From positions 121,086,001-121,150,000 of the forward strand of contig NC_042999.1 of assembly GCF_006345805.1 (NCBI RefSeq): a stretch of DNA of 64,000 nt, given 5' to 3'. The notes below the pieces were generated by a model. That model saw only the letters and a program-made list of their open reading frames with translations. It did not search any database and was not told where the DNA came from. The DNA is from Octopus sinensis (lineage: Eukaryota). The stretch's first letter is position 1. The number at the start of each line of letters is the position of its first letter. This document shows positions 31,452 to 45,320 of this stretch, in pieces. Position numbers and translations under genes: made by a program.

Positions 31452-31464
31452 GTTGCTTAGCAAC
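31452..31464. promoter_or_regulatory. Candidate RFX X-box
   Basis: Palindromic GTTGCTTAGCAAC matches the GTTGCY-N-RGCAAC consensus; function untested. Confidence 0.35.
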
Positions 31465-32619
31465 GGCAACGTAAGATAAAGACGACACAGCTCAATAAAA
31501 AAGACACTGGTGGTGGTATTCGATTGGTAAAAATGGTTTTGGCCCGGCTGATATATTTGATGTTGGCTGTTACAAAATCTCTTGGGGGAAAAGAAACTAG
31601 ATTAAAACATTAATTTTTAATGTACGTTAAAAACTGAATTACGATAATTCATCACTACCCCCCAAGCTATATCTTTATCTTCGAAAGTATGAAATCTTGT
31701 TCGTTGACAGTATGCCAACTGAGCAAAAATAAAAAATTGGCAGATCTTGTATTTCATCTTACCAAATTGAATTCTATAAAATTCAGCAAGAAATGAGCGA
31801 AGTGAAGATGAGAAATATATGGAATTAGCTGTTTTATTCAAAAGATATAGCACAGAAAGCATTTTAAATTCTATTGCAGAGTGCTCTGTTTAATTGTCAG
31901 GATGAATAATGGAATAAATGTTTGAAAGATTATTTTGGTACTCCAACTAAATATATTAAAATAGTGCATTTAATTTTGCGAAGAAAAAATAGTATACAAA
32001 AATCACAGATAACTGATAGATATTAATATGAAGGAAGTAATGGAACTAGACTGAAAGTCTAATGTTTTCAGCTTGAATAAAAATTAGTTTCTACAATGAT
32101 AATCATTATTATAATCAAGTGATAATACTAAAAACATTTGAACTTCAAATCTTTGCACAGATTACTTCAGCTTATATGATTGCCTCTCATTTTTCAATCA
32201 GATTGTTGTTGTTTTTGTTGTTGTTGCTGATGGTAGTGGTGGTGGTGGGTGGGGGTGGGGGTGGGGTTGGGGGGGGGGTATTGGTGGTGGCGGCGGCGAT
32301 GGCGGTTTTGAATTTAATATCAGTCTTAATTGAGCAGATATATATGATCAAAGTATGTCTAAGTCATGAGTAGCTTGTCTTTTTCAGACATAGTTTCTTC
32401 ATAATATAATGTACAGTGCACATTTTTTTAGACTGCTCAATGTGTTTTGAGAGATTATAAATTTGGAAAAATAACTAATTGCTTGAATACCAAGTATCAC
32501 CTATTTTCACCAAAAGAAAATCTTGAATAGAGTATTCTGTCTCCTTTAGATTTCAGTATTGAAAATGCAAATGCTGTATAGTCCGGTTTTTCCAAAGTTG
32601 ACTTTACTTTTCCTCTTAC

Positions 32620-32711
32620 CAGTATGCATAAAATCATGGGTAACTGGAGCTTCTTCCCACATTTGATATAAAAAGAATTTAATGAATGACCTTTCTAGAT
32701 ATAATGCCTTT
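32620..32711 (-). CDS. Putative internal exon C of host gene (R-KALYLERSFIKFFLYQMWEEAPVTHDFMHT-G)
   Basis: Acceptor ctttcacag|, donor G|gtaaga; 92 nt open; phase 2->1; compatible with exons D and B. Confidence 0.55.
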
Positions 32712-32782
32712 CTGTGAAAGTTCTGTGCATGACATTGCTTAATCTCAGAAACAAGAAACCTAAGTCAATTGCATTTGTGTTT

Positions 32783-32963
32783 CTGTTATGTCGCAATACT
32801 ACACAGTGGCTGTGTGAGCTACGCAATCCTCGTCGCCACTGTTATATCGCAATACTACACAGTGATTGTGTGAGCTACAAAATCCTCGTCGCCACTGTTA
32901 TATCGCAATACTACACGGTGGCTGTGTAAGCTACAAAATCCTCGTCGCCACTGTTATGTCGCA
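32783..32963. repeat. 56-bp tandem minisatellite, about 3.2 units, with internal inverted repeats
   Basis: Unit tcgcaatactacacagtggctgtgtgagctacgcaatcctcgtcgccactgttata starts at 32791, 32847 and 32903, with a partial unit at 32959. Confidence 0.95.
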
Positions 32964-34159
32964 CGTTCAGATGACCTCTACTCAACTCAAGTCTTCGACG
33001 TCTAGACTTCTCCCTCTATATTTACGTATTAGACTAGCCTACTTCATCGTCTGAGGGCGTCCATACAACAGTTTCCAATTGTTACAATGGTAGTATACAC
33101 ATCCAATTGCAGCTCAAGGCATAGAAACAATACAACACCATCTTCTCTGTCAATTGAGACACTCTGTTTCTAACAAGTGAATACAACAATTTTATGTGCT
33201 TGAAAATGAATATTGATTGCACAGTAGCGCAATGTATAATCAATATTCTGCTAAATAGAAGAGGTGTCAGTCAACTTTTTGGGGACCAGACATTAAAATT
33301 CTCAAAGTTCTGAAATCAATAGAAAGCTATATATAAGACATGAACATCTTTGTAAATGTTTATCCAAAAATTATATAATTGATTAATGGAATGTATTATC
33401 ATGTACTAATTTTGTGCAACTTCGAGGAAAAGGTGGAACAATAAAACTGTAAGGTATAGCGTACTGGTAAACCTATGCTCACAAAGTAAATATTTAAAAT
33501 AAAATATTATGAAATGTGGAACGTTCCCTATTAAAACTATTATTGCTTAGCCACAGATCTCTTATAATCTCGCAGGTTGCCTGACTAACGTCTGTAAGTA
33601 GGAGATACATAGTTGCATTAATAAGAATTTTACTAAACTGCAGCACAGTGCAATCTCTCCTGTAGATAAAGCTTCCAATGACAAATCTGTGCCTATTTTG
33701 ATGGGGTTTTATTACTCCTCATCTTAGGCATCACTCCTATGAATCTTTTCAACTTGTTAAATACTAATTAATAACATTTTACTATTTATGATATATACAG
33801 ATGAAAGTAGATTTCTGTGCATGAAGTTAGTAAACTTTGTCAAAATCAAACCTAGACGTAAATTTATTTATAGGTTATGACATAAGATCAAATGGTACAT
33901 TCATTAGCACCAGGCAGAATAAAATATGTCTTACACAGCCTAGATAAAAATCAGCACCTTTCAACTTTATTTTAATAGTTATATTAGAAGGATATTAACA
34001 AATATATGCCATAAAATTTAATTGATTATTCTTTAATAAGTAAAAAGGGAACGTGAGACTAATGTTAAATGCATATTTCTCTGGACAGGTACTAATTTGT
34101 CATGGATAACAAAATTCACTGGGCATATTGCACTCTGAATTACGAGATGATTAAATTAC

Positions 34160-34212
34160 CTTTGATTCCACTGTACCTTCTTCTTACAGTGGTCAGATAC
34201 ACACCCTATTAG
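34160..34212 (-). CDS. Putative internal exon D of host gene (LIGCVSDHCKKKVQWNQ-R)
   Basis: Acceptor ccttatacag|, donor AG|gtaatt; 53 nt; phase 0->2. The antisense strand also has plausible splice sites, so the call is uncertain. Confidence 0.4.
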
Positions 34213-34813
34213 CTGTATAAGGACTCAGTGGCTGAGAGGTAATACTTCTTAACCCTTTAGCATTCAGATTACTCTATCAAATGTAATGCTTTTATATTCA
34301 CATTGTTTGGTATTTAATCATGCATTATCTTGTAGCTTTGAGATTTCGATTAAATCTTTGTATAATTTTAAAATGACATTGTTTGGGTGGTACAAAAGGT
34401 TGGATATGATCAGTTTAAATGTAAAGCAGGTAGAATATCTGAACTAGATATGACTGATTTAAATGCTAAAGGGTTAAAAGGGGCACAGTTTATAAGTGTC
34501 CTAATATTTTAAGTTTACGTAAGTGGTTATTAGTTTTAAGAGTTTTGAATAGTGTTATTAAGAGAAGTGTGGGTGGAATTAAATTGCTCTGCTCTATGAT
34601 CATTATTTCATTTTAACGAAAGCTACATGAAATATCTCTTTTGAAAAAGAAGAAAAGAAGTGATGATAAAAATCTAAACCCATCAGGTATGACAGTGATT
34701 TTGTTGATTACTTCATATTAATATTCAGCCAATTGAAGAACGATATCTCCAAAAGCAATGTTGAATATATATGAAATCGCTAAATATCTAAACACCTGAA
34801 TATATTAACTCAC

Positions 34814-34884
34814 AATTGAAATTTTAAATATGAAGTCCATTATAAAGTTTATTACTGGAATCAAATTTGAATAAATTATGAAAC
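34814..34884 (-). CDS. Putative internal exon E of host gene (G-FIIYSNLIPVINFIMDFIFKISI)
   Basis: Acceptor cttactgtatttcag|, donor |gtgagt; 71 nt; only the phase 1->0 frame is open. Confidence 0.45.
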
Positions 34885-35609
34885 CTGAAATACAGTAAGC
34901 TGAGTGATTTCTTACAAAAATAGTTGTTTAATTAATACCGACATCAAAACTGAATACCAGAAAAAATAGCAATAATTATATATTAATCAAGCTAGGTGTT
35001 TACATCCTCACACAACATTTACAAACATCATTACCATATTTGCTTTTATCAAAGCAATCAAATAAAAAAAGTACGTCCAAACTAACTATTTTGTATAGAC
35101 ACAAAGGTGAATGAGACTTGAAATTCTACAATATAACATTATTATGCATGAAATCAAAGATTTGCAAATGTTTTATTCTATAGTAATACAAATAGAATTA
35201 TTGTCTTTACACAAACATTAAACATAAAATGTGAAGTGAACTAACATTTAGGTTATACACCATCATAAATTATTTCTCCTTGCATAAAATTAAACCATGT
35301 GTTAGCAGCAACCGATTAGAAAAATAATTAGCATAACTGTACCATTATCAACACTGAATGAATTAATCTTTAAAATGTATGAAAATAACACAAAGTCTTT
35401 GTTAAAATAGCAATGAACAGTCTTATTTTGCCATATCAATATATTTTTTTAAATCACTCTGAAATAGTTTTGTGTTTCTTCTTAACCCAAATTAACATTT
35501 CGTTATCAACAATTAGGTAGACATTGAAATATTCAGTAACTTCTATAAAAATAAATATCATATTCACTGATCTTCAGTTGTTGAGTCTCACAGAAGTGCT
35601 GACAAGGGA

Positions 35610-35885
35610 CTGAGACTTCTGACGATTTGCTGTGCTTGAGAAGACATGTCAAGCTAAGTGAAAAACATGGTCATGGCCAATGGGGGTGACATGTAAGAAG
35701 CACTCTTGCAAATAATATGTAAAAGACAACCACTACACGCTGTCCAATGCTAGGCGTTAGGAAGAGTATCCACTTGCAGACACCATGCCAAAATAGGCTA
35801 GTCTTGTGCGGCTCTCCAGTTTACCAGCTCCAGTCAAACTGTCAAACAGACCAGAATGGAAAATGGATACTATATGGTGATGATT
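35610..35885 (+). mobile_element. Degenerate SINE-like repeat ending in (GAT)-type tail
   Basis: ggcgttaggaagagtatcc...accatgccaaa...cagtcaaactgtc...gaatggaaaatggatac..ggtgatgatt; a possibly related inverted piece lies near 58380-58560. Confidence 0.45.
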
Positions 35886-36034
35886 ATGAGTTTTTTAAAG
35901 GAAATCTTATTTGATGTTTTCATTAATTTAAGTCTAATATGCTAATATCAACTTTTACCGAGCTTTATGATATTTGTATATACATGTGTATTCATTCAAA
36001 CATATGTATATAAATCTGCATTCACACACACACA

Positions 36035-36074
<40 letters not shown>

Positions 36075-36216
36075 TATATATACACGCATATATATATATA
36101 TACACATATATATATACATATATATGCATATGTGCGTGTGTGTGTATGTGTGTGCATGAGTGTGTATGAGTGTTTGTGTGTGTGAATGTGATTGCATGTA
36201 TGTATATATATATGTG

Positions 36217-36247
<31 letters not shown>

Positions 36248-36370
36248 TACAGGGGTTGGACAAAATAATGGAAACACCTAGAATCCTAGAAACATAATTT
36301 TGAAATATCTATAAAACCATCAAAAACTAGCTTATTTTTATGTGTTTTGATTTATTATTAGTGTTGCTTA
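36248..36370 (+). mobile_element. Solo Tc1/mariner-type terminal sequence
   Basis: TA followed by CAGGGGTTGGACAAAATAATGGAAACACC; no partner TIR found in the window. Confidence 0.45.
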
Positions 36371-36995
36371 ATAGTGATTAATGCATACATACAGATCTAT
36401 CTATCTGACTATATGTTTTTAAGTTACGAAAATTCCTCGTGATATTAGGATTTTGTTATTGTTAAGTAAGATTTCATAAAACTATTTCTCCCTGTGTGTG
36501 TATGTGTGTGTGTGTGTGCGTGTGTGTATGTGTGTGTGTGTGTGCGTGTGTGTATGTGTGTGTGTGTTTATGTATGTATGTATATGTATGGGTATGTATT
36601 TTATTTATTGGTTAACAAGGCAACCAAATGTTACAAGTGAAGAGATCTTAATTGTCCAAGTATACCACATGGAAGTGTTGGTACTCGTCTCTGGAGATAA
36701 AGTTCTAGCACTTCCATGCGACATGCTTAGACAGTTGTGAAGAACTCTTCAATTGAAACCATTGATCACCTTGTTAATCCACAAATAAAGAATATTTAGC
36801 CACCAATGCAGTGTTAAGCACTCATTCTCACTGTTCCATATTAACATATGTGTGTGTGAGAGTGTACATATGTAGAAAGAGGGAGAGAAAGAAAGACATA
36901 CAGCATACAGAAATGTGTAATGCTTGTACACTATTTATGGATATCAGCAGCAAAGACTATTACTCTCAAATCATGCACTGCAATCGTTAAAAAGG

Positions 36996-37185
36996 TATCT
37001 TGGATAATATAGTCGTAGTTATTCTTAGAAAGAAAGTACAGATGTCTGATCACGATCGTCGACAGGCTAGACAAAAGCAAAAATGATTATGTGCAACACT
37101 CAAGCAACATTATATATATGCAAACACACACACACACGCACACACACACACACACACGCACACGCACACACACACACACACACAC

Positions 37186-37252
<67 letters not shown>

Positions 37253-37400
37253 TTATATATATGTATATAAATATATACTTATATATATATACACGCATGT
37301 ATTACAATTTTTCTGAATTTTCAGAATTTTCTATATGCTAGGCTACTGGTTTTAATTGATGTTAAATTAATATTCAATTTATCACCTTCATTATTTAAAT

Positions 37401-37452
<52 letters not shown>

Positions 37453-37580
37453 TATATATGCATGTATAATGTCGCTTGAGTGTTGCACATAATTTTTGGT
37501 TTTGTTTAGCCTGTCGATAATCGTGATCGGGTATCTGTACTTTCTTTCGAACAATAACTACGACTATATTATCCAAGATA
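36996..37580. mobile_element. MITE-like element with about 118-bp terminal inverted repeats
   Basis: 36996-37114 is the reverse complement of 37465-37580 with few mismatches; spacer is microsatellite-rich. Confidence 0.8.
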
Positions 37581-37589
37581 ACTTTATAT

Positions 37590-37780
<191 letters not shown>

Positions 37781-38289
37781 TATACATATATATATGGAGA
37801 TAAGTGTATATGTGCTGGAGGAGGAAACCTGAACCAAAGTTCTCGTTGTAAGAGACAACATTCAAACTCTTCTAGAAATGGCATGGGTAGCATGGACAGA
37901 CTTTTGACTGAGAGATGGATAGATAAAGTAAATCAGGTAGTCAGGATGTGATAGGGTAATTTATTTAAGACTAATTATAGCTAACACAATAGCAGCATTT
38001 ATCTCGGCATACACCCCACAGGTGGAACTGCCAGATGAACAGAAGGAAAGCAAAATCCTTTCCTGACAAAGAATGCGTTACGCAACTGGTTAGTGACTAG
38101 TAACTTCATAGTCAGAGGCCGGCAAACGCAAAAATAAAAGACAAAATGGAGAAAGAAAGCATTGAAATTTTAAAATCTCGCAGTCGGGAACGGATTTAGA
38201 GAAATTTTAATTGACGCACATGACTGTAGGGAGGACGATTTAAGAACCTGTAGCATTGGTGATCAGCTTACAACCCCGGATAAGACATG

Positions 38290-38750
38290 TGGCTGGCGCA
38301 AAGGCCAAAAGTAACATGATAGTGGAATGATAAGGTTGATTACGCAGTTAAGACTAAGAGACGAGCTTGAAGAGCCTGGAAGGAAGGTGGTTGTAAGGAA
38401 TATTACCTAATAACGAGGTCATCTTGGTAATATATGTACTTGGTAAAAAGAAAAAGATTTTCAATGGTCCTGCAACTTGAAGACGAAAGGGATGAAATGT
38501 TCAGGATTACGAGAGTGTGAGAGAGGACCAGATTGTTATTGTTGAGAAGTGTATTTGGAAGGGTGAAATTAACGTTATGGAACAAAAGAAACTGGCTTGG
38601 AATGCTATTACGAAAAACTGTTAAACCAGCAGAGGGATCGGTAATTCATGTTGACAGCGGAGTCGCATATCAAAGTAATAAAGAAGAGAGGAAAAAGGAG
38701 TTACAGACTGTGAATAAAGAAAACGCTGGAATTCCTGAATGCTAGCACCG
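38290..38750 (+). mobile_element. Decayed RTE-clade LINE fragment (APE-RT linker)
   Basis: RAWKEGGCKEYY...EDERDEMFRI...VEKCI...W.CYYEKLLN, with frameshifts. Confidence 0.6.
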
Positions 38751-39173
38751 TGAATACACTGTGGATTTGTGAATAAGTAGAAGCTCGCGGCTATTTTTTA
38801 AACGTCTAAGTCTATATAATGATCTAAACATAAATTAACTATTTTTATTGTTTCATTTTGATTACTCATACAGAAACGTTAAATAGTTTTGTAAAAGCAT
38901 CATTTTATAGTTATGCTTATCTATTATTTGTAAATGGAAACAAAATCTTAATTCAGTATATCGTGCAGATAAAAACGATAAGCTTCTTACATTGTATTAT
39001 TTCTACATTTTGTGAATGTTAAAAGTTATTTGCGATTAGTCTTCTTATTTCAGAATTACCAGGTTTCAATAATTGATTTTCTACACTTATATTCAGCTGT
39101 CAATTTTGTTTTAACTGCAATATACAAGCTTATGATACTCAATAAGTTTTAAGCTTATATGTTATGTATATAT

Positions 39174-40300
39174 GTACGAAGGTTATCACAAGAATAACAC
39201 AAAATGTGGTCAAATCTTTTTATCACAGGTTGTTTAAATTGTTCATGCAGGTACAGTAAACTCTTCCTCTATAGTTACTCTTCTTTCTGCTCTTCATCAT
39301 AGGAAAATAATGAGTTCCATACGGAAAAAATGTGTCGTCGTTGAGTTTTTGACGAAGGAATGGGTGCAAGCTGTCCAACATCTACAGAAATTATAGGTTG
39401 CTTACAGAAATGATACCTTGAACAAGAGCAATGTGTACACATCGAAACCAGCATTGAACATAAACTACGCAATCAGAGATTATCAGCTGCGACCACTGGC
39501 GCAAATTACCAGCCAGTAGATGAGTTGATTCGCCACAATTCGTGAACTTTCTGCACAACTGTAGTGTGGTCACATGTTCCACAGTCGTGGATGGAAGACT
39601 TTGTATCGTAAAGTCTGCAAGCTGTGTACCTCGGCAGTTGACAAACAATTAGAAGGATAGACGGGTGGAAACCGGCTCTAATCTATTGGAAGCGTTTGAA
39701 ACGAACGAAGACGTTTTTTTCCGACTTCGTGACAGGAGATGAAAAGTGGACGTATCTTTGCAATCCAGAAACGAAAACTGTGTCCACAGCAAAGCATCAC
39801 ACCTCTTCGCCAAGACGTAAGAAATTAAAGAGCCAGCGATTGCAGAAAGTCATGCTGACAGTTTTTGAGGAGGTGACAAATACGTCATTCTGCCTGATTT
39901 TCTGGACTGTACTGTGTTGTGAACAACGTTGAAACGCTCAAAAAGTTTAGAGAAGTTATTAGAAGGAAAAGACCCAAAAGAATCAGAAAACGATCCATAT
40001 TCACCATGACAATGAGTGACCGCGCAATCGGCAAATTGGGCTGATCAGCCGCCTTCTTTCCACTGCAAAGCCCAGATCTATCACACCCCACACCCCACAC
40101 CCCAGTTTCCGTCTGTTAGGTGCAATGAAAAACAGTCTTTGGTGGAAAAAAATTGATAACACAGATAAGGTCAAAGTGGTTATGAAGAAAGGGTTATACC
40201 TGTGCACACGAAACGAATTTTTTCAAAGAAAATTGAAGAATTGGGTTTTAATGACTGTTCAAATGCATTGCTTGTGAAGGAGATACTTTGTGTAGATGAA
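39174..40300 (+). pseudogene. Decayed mariner (DD34D-type) transposase
   Basis: FVTGDEKWTY..NPETK...SSPRRKK.K...KVMLTVF; degenerate HDN and SPDL motifs; F.LLGAMK; C-terminal CI..EGD; 5' end tacgaagg; right TIR not recognised. Confidence 0.8.
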
Positions 40301-40437
40301 AAGAGGTGCAATTAGAACGACCTAGGTCAGTTAGTAAAACATTTATACCCACTATTACATGACATTCTGCACAACTCATTCATTTTTGGCCATGGATGAT
40401 TGTTTTTTCTTGTTTGTTACATCTTTTTCAAAATATC

Positions 40438-40486
<49 letters not shown>

Positions 40487-40595
40487 ATATTATATATATA
40501 TATATACATATGTATGTATGTATTATATAGGAGCAACAAATATAAATAAAATGAGACAAGTTATTAATCTATTTATACATTTATACGTATACATA

Positions 40596-40633
<38 letters not shown>

Positions 40634-41049
40634 TATGTATATGTATATACCCCCACCCTCAGCCTAACACACACCCCACTTTCGCCTCCCCCACATCCCA
40701 TCACCATCATACCACACCACACACCACTACACCATACACCACCATACCACACAACACCACATCACACCACCACGCACACGCTAGCACTGACCACTTCCCA
40801 GCCCCACATCGACACATCTACATATACACACACGCACACGTCAAGGTCACCAGCCCTCTTCCACACGCACATATATGCTCTCTTATACACATGCACGCGT
40901 ACCTTCGTTTTGGGATCACCACTACTTTATTATCTCCTCGTATTCGTAGCTCTCCTGTGCGACCCCTCTCTGCGGTATTCGCCATGATTGATCGCTAGCT
41001 ACTACACATTCTTTATTTTCTCTCCCTCTCCTTGTTTCTTTCTGTTTTC

Positions 41050-41085
41050 CTTTCAATGGAAGAGCGTAGGCTCGAAACGTTAAAG
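41050..41085 (+). ncRNA. Hammerhead-like fold with diverged catalytic core
   Basis: cttt-CAATGGA-A-GAGC gtag GCTC-GAAA-C-GTT-aaag; all three stems and spacings fit, but the core differs from CUGANGA at 3 positions. Confidence 0.4.
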
Positions 41086-41158
41086 ACTTTTTCACTTCCC
41101 GAGCGTACATCTGTTTGTTATCTACACCACCTGTTTCCGTCTTTCGTATTTTTTTTGT

Positions 41159-41249
<91 letters not shown>

Positions 41250-41251
<2 letters not shown>

Positions 41252-41570
41252 CATTCCGCCGGATACGACGATGATGGTTCCAGTTGATCCGGTCAACGGA
41301 TCAGCCTGCTCGTGAAATTAACTTGCAAGTGGCTGAGTACTCCACAAATACGTCTACCCTTCACGTACCTCTCAGGGAGATTCAGCGCGACACAGAATCT
41401 GACAAGGGTGACCCTTTGAAATACAAGTACTACTCATTTTTGTCAGGTGAGTGTACTGGAGCAAGGGGAAATAAAGTGTCCTGCTCAAGGACACAATGTG
41501 TTGTCGGGAATTGAACTCACAACCTTACCACCGTGTGCCAAATGCACTAACCACCAAGCCACACGCCGCC
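41250..41570 (-). mobile_element. tRNA-derived SINE (core M1 + tail T1)
   Basis: Colinear with 2745-3064 over its whole length. Confidence 0.85.
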
Positions 41571-42692
41571 TTTGCTGTATATGTATGTAAGTTTTCACTC
41601 ATATATATATATATATATGATCCTGTTTCCTTCGTCCAACTTTAAATAGCTAGTCTCATATTTTATATTCGCTGTTCCAATCAAATGGCACTCCTTATCT
41701 TACAACTGAAATATAGAAAGCATTAATGAATTTATTGCGCTTAACGTTTCCTCTCAAGTATATTTAATATTTGTTTGTAAATTATATGGGGGAGGGTAAA
41801 ATATGTATGTAGAGTAAAATGAGTAATTTCTGATTTCTTGTTATTTTCTCCCTACCTGTTTGAAACCATTATATTGCAAGTATCGCATTTTCATTTTGTA
41901 ATGATATAGTTTTTGTAAAGTAGTGAACATTTGTAAAAAATATTTCTTCCCTCAGAGTCAGAAATGCGGTAAATTGTGCCCAACCCCGTCCCCCAACAGA
42001 ATGAAAATTGAGAAGTAATGCAATATAACATGTCAAATTTCTACACGTTTGCTAAGGAACAGGGAAGTTAGTAATGAGTAGTGTACTGTAAGGAATACTT
42101 AGATTCATTAACTCACTTAAGACTGTTACACAAATTTTAATTTGCTTGAAGGGACAGGAGCTTTAATTAGTTTTGACATTCATCACGGTGGTTATCATTT
42201 TCAGTATTGAACAGATCGCATCACTTTGGAAAAAATTTTGCTTTTAATTAGCATTCTTGAATTAACACATTTGAAGTTATATTTCTTTTGTTTTTAACAC
42301 GTCACACGAATGAATCATGATCAAATGCGAATGAATCAAGATCATGTGCTTAGCTGGATTAGCTTTTACTTCTAGCATGAAATAATAACACTCAAGTTTC
42401 AAAGGAGTAGCGATTAATTTGAGCTCCGTATAATGTACTTTATTTCCAAGGATTCGGAAAATAGTATTCATTTCGTAGTAGGTCGTGTAAGTATTAATGT
42501 GATTAGGATTTTTACATTGGGTATAAGTCCATAAGACTTATAACACTTTTCTTCCACCTTTTTAATTCTCTCTGTCGTTTGTACACCGTAAATTAGACCT
42601 ATTAACATAAATATCTATATATCTATACTTAAATATTCATCGCGTAAAAGTCTCCATCTTTTGTTTTCTCTCGTTTTGCATGTATATATACG

Positions 42693-42723
<31 letters not shown>

Positions 42724-42968
42724 ATACACACAGACACACACACACACACACACACACGCACATATTATATTTCATACCCAAACTATTATATTTGATATAT
42801 TTAATGTATCTAATTTGTTTATCCACATAATTGCTTCTATATCCGTTCAGCTTCATCCATCTTACAGCCATTCTTTACCTGGCAGAATCAGAGTCTAAGT
42901 TTGCATCTTTTGAGCACTACTAAGTGTCTTCTATACTGAGAATCTCTGGATTTCATCTGTGGACTACA

Positions 42969-43026
<58 letters not shown>

Positions 43027-43355
43027 CAGTCACTAAGAAGCGAGTATTACATGGTAGCGAGTACCGCGAATTTGCTAATTATGTTAGGTATCTAAATAGT
43101 TGCGAACAGACATAGACTGTCTGTGGCGACTGCCGTCTTTATGTAAAAGAACGTCTAGGATTTGCCTACTGAAGGTAGAGAAGACTGTACGACTATTTGG
43201 CTGGTACTTATTTTTAATTAAACTGCAACAAAGTAAAGTGAGTTGCTTTGCTCAAGGACACAGTACGTCGTCGAACACAAGAATCCAATCCATGACATTG
43301 TTATTGCATTCTTAGCGCATGTGTACATATATATATACACACACACACACGCACG

Positions 43356-43474
<119 letters not shown>

Positions 43475-43611
43475 CAATATTTAGGAGAAGTAACAGAGTG
43501 ACTCGAGGAACGGAAGTTTTGTGAACGCAACTCTGTTAAACAGCAAATATTTGCAAAAAACCCAAGTTTTTTCTTGTTTGCATCTACAAACCTATGTGTT
43601 TATATATATAA

Positions 43612-43703
<92 letters not shown>

Positions 43704-43864
43704 TATATATGTATATACATATAGCTACAGTTTGCAATTTATCACAGGTAAAGGTATAATTCTGAATTGTCTTTCACAAAATAAAGGAACGTATTGTTAC
43801 CTACATACTATATTTATCTATACTGTAACTGGTTCTTATACAAATATTTTAGGGGTTGTGATAC

Positions 43865-43921
43865 CTTTCACAGGCAACGTAATCCCTATTTTATACATTT
43901 GGACTTCAGATGTTACTATTT
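43865..43921 (-). CDS. Putative internal exon G of host gene (K-IVTSEVQMYKIGITLPVK-G)
   Basis: Acceptor ttttgtattctactacag|, donor AAG|gtatca; 57 nt; phase 1->1; fits between exons F and E. Confidence 0.45.
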
Positions 43922-44402
43922 CTGTAGTAGAATACAAAATATTCTGGCTTAAATTATTTTTTAAGTATTCATGGAGCAACAGTTAATACCGAACAACAGA
44001 AAACACAAGTGCATGAAGAAATTTTAATTTTAGTAATTCTATAAAGTATATATACTTAGCGATAAAACGAAAGTAGATAACTAGTGGTTCTTTGTTTTTA
44101 TCATCAATTTGTAACAGATTAAAATGCCACTTATATTACCCAGCTCAATTTAAGTTTCTATTTAGAATAATACTGCACAAATTACCATTTCACCTCTTAG
44201 CATTTCGCTTTTAAAATATTCAATACAAAATGTGTGTTTTAATTTAAACATTGAATTAATGCAGTTTGTGCTAAGATATTTAATAGAAGAATATTAGAAA
44301 GATAATTGGAAATATGCAGTGTGATTTAAACAAAATTAGCCATTGACTAATACATTGATAATTATGAGAGACAATTCCAGACATATTTTATTGTTACCCA
44401 CT

Positions 44403-45320
<918 letters not shown>

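Noticed and set aside
31533-31613. ATG-initiated signal-peptide-like ORF MVLARLIYLMLAVTKSLGGKETRLKH downstream of the X-box
   Set aside because: Stops after 26 codons with no convincing splice donor before the stop.
32783-32963. CRISPR-like appearance of the palindromic 56-bp repeat
   Set aside because: Units are contiguous with no unique spacers, no cas genes are present, and the context is eukaryotic.
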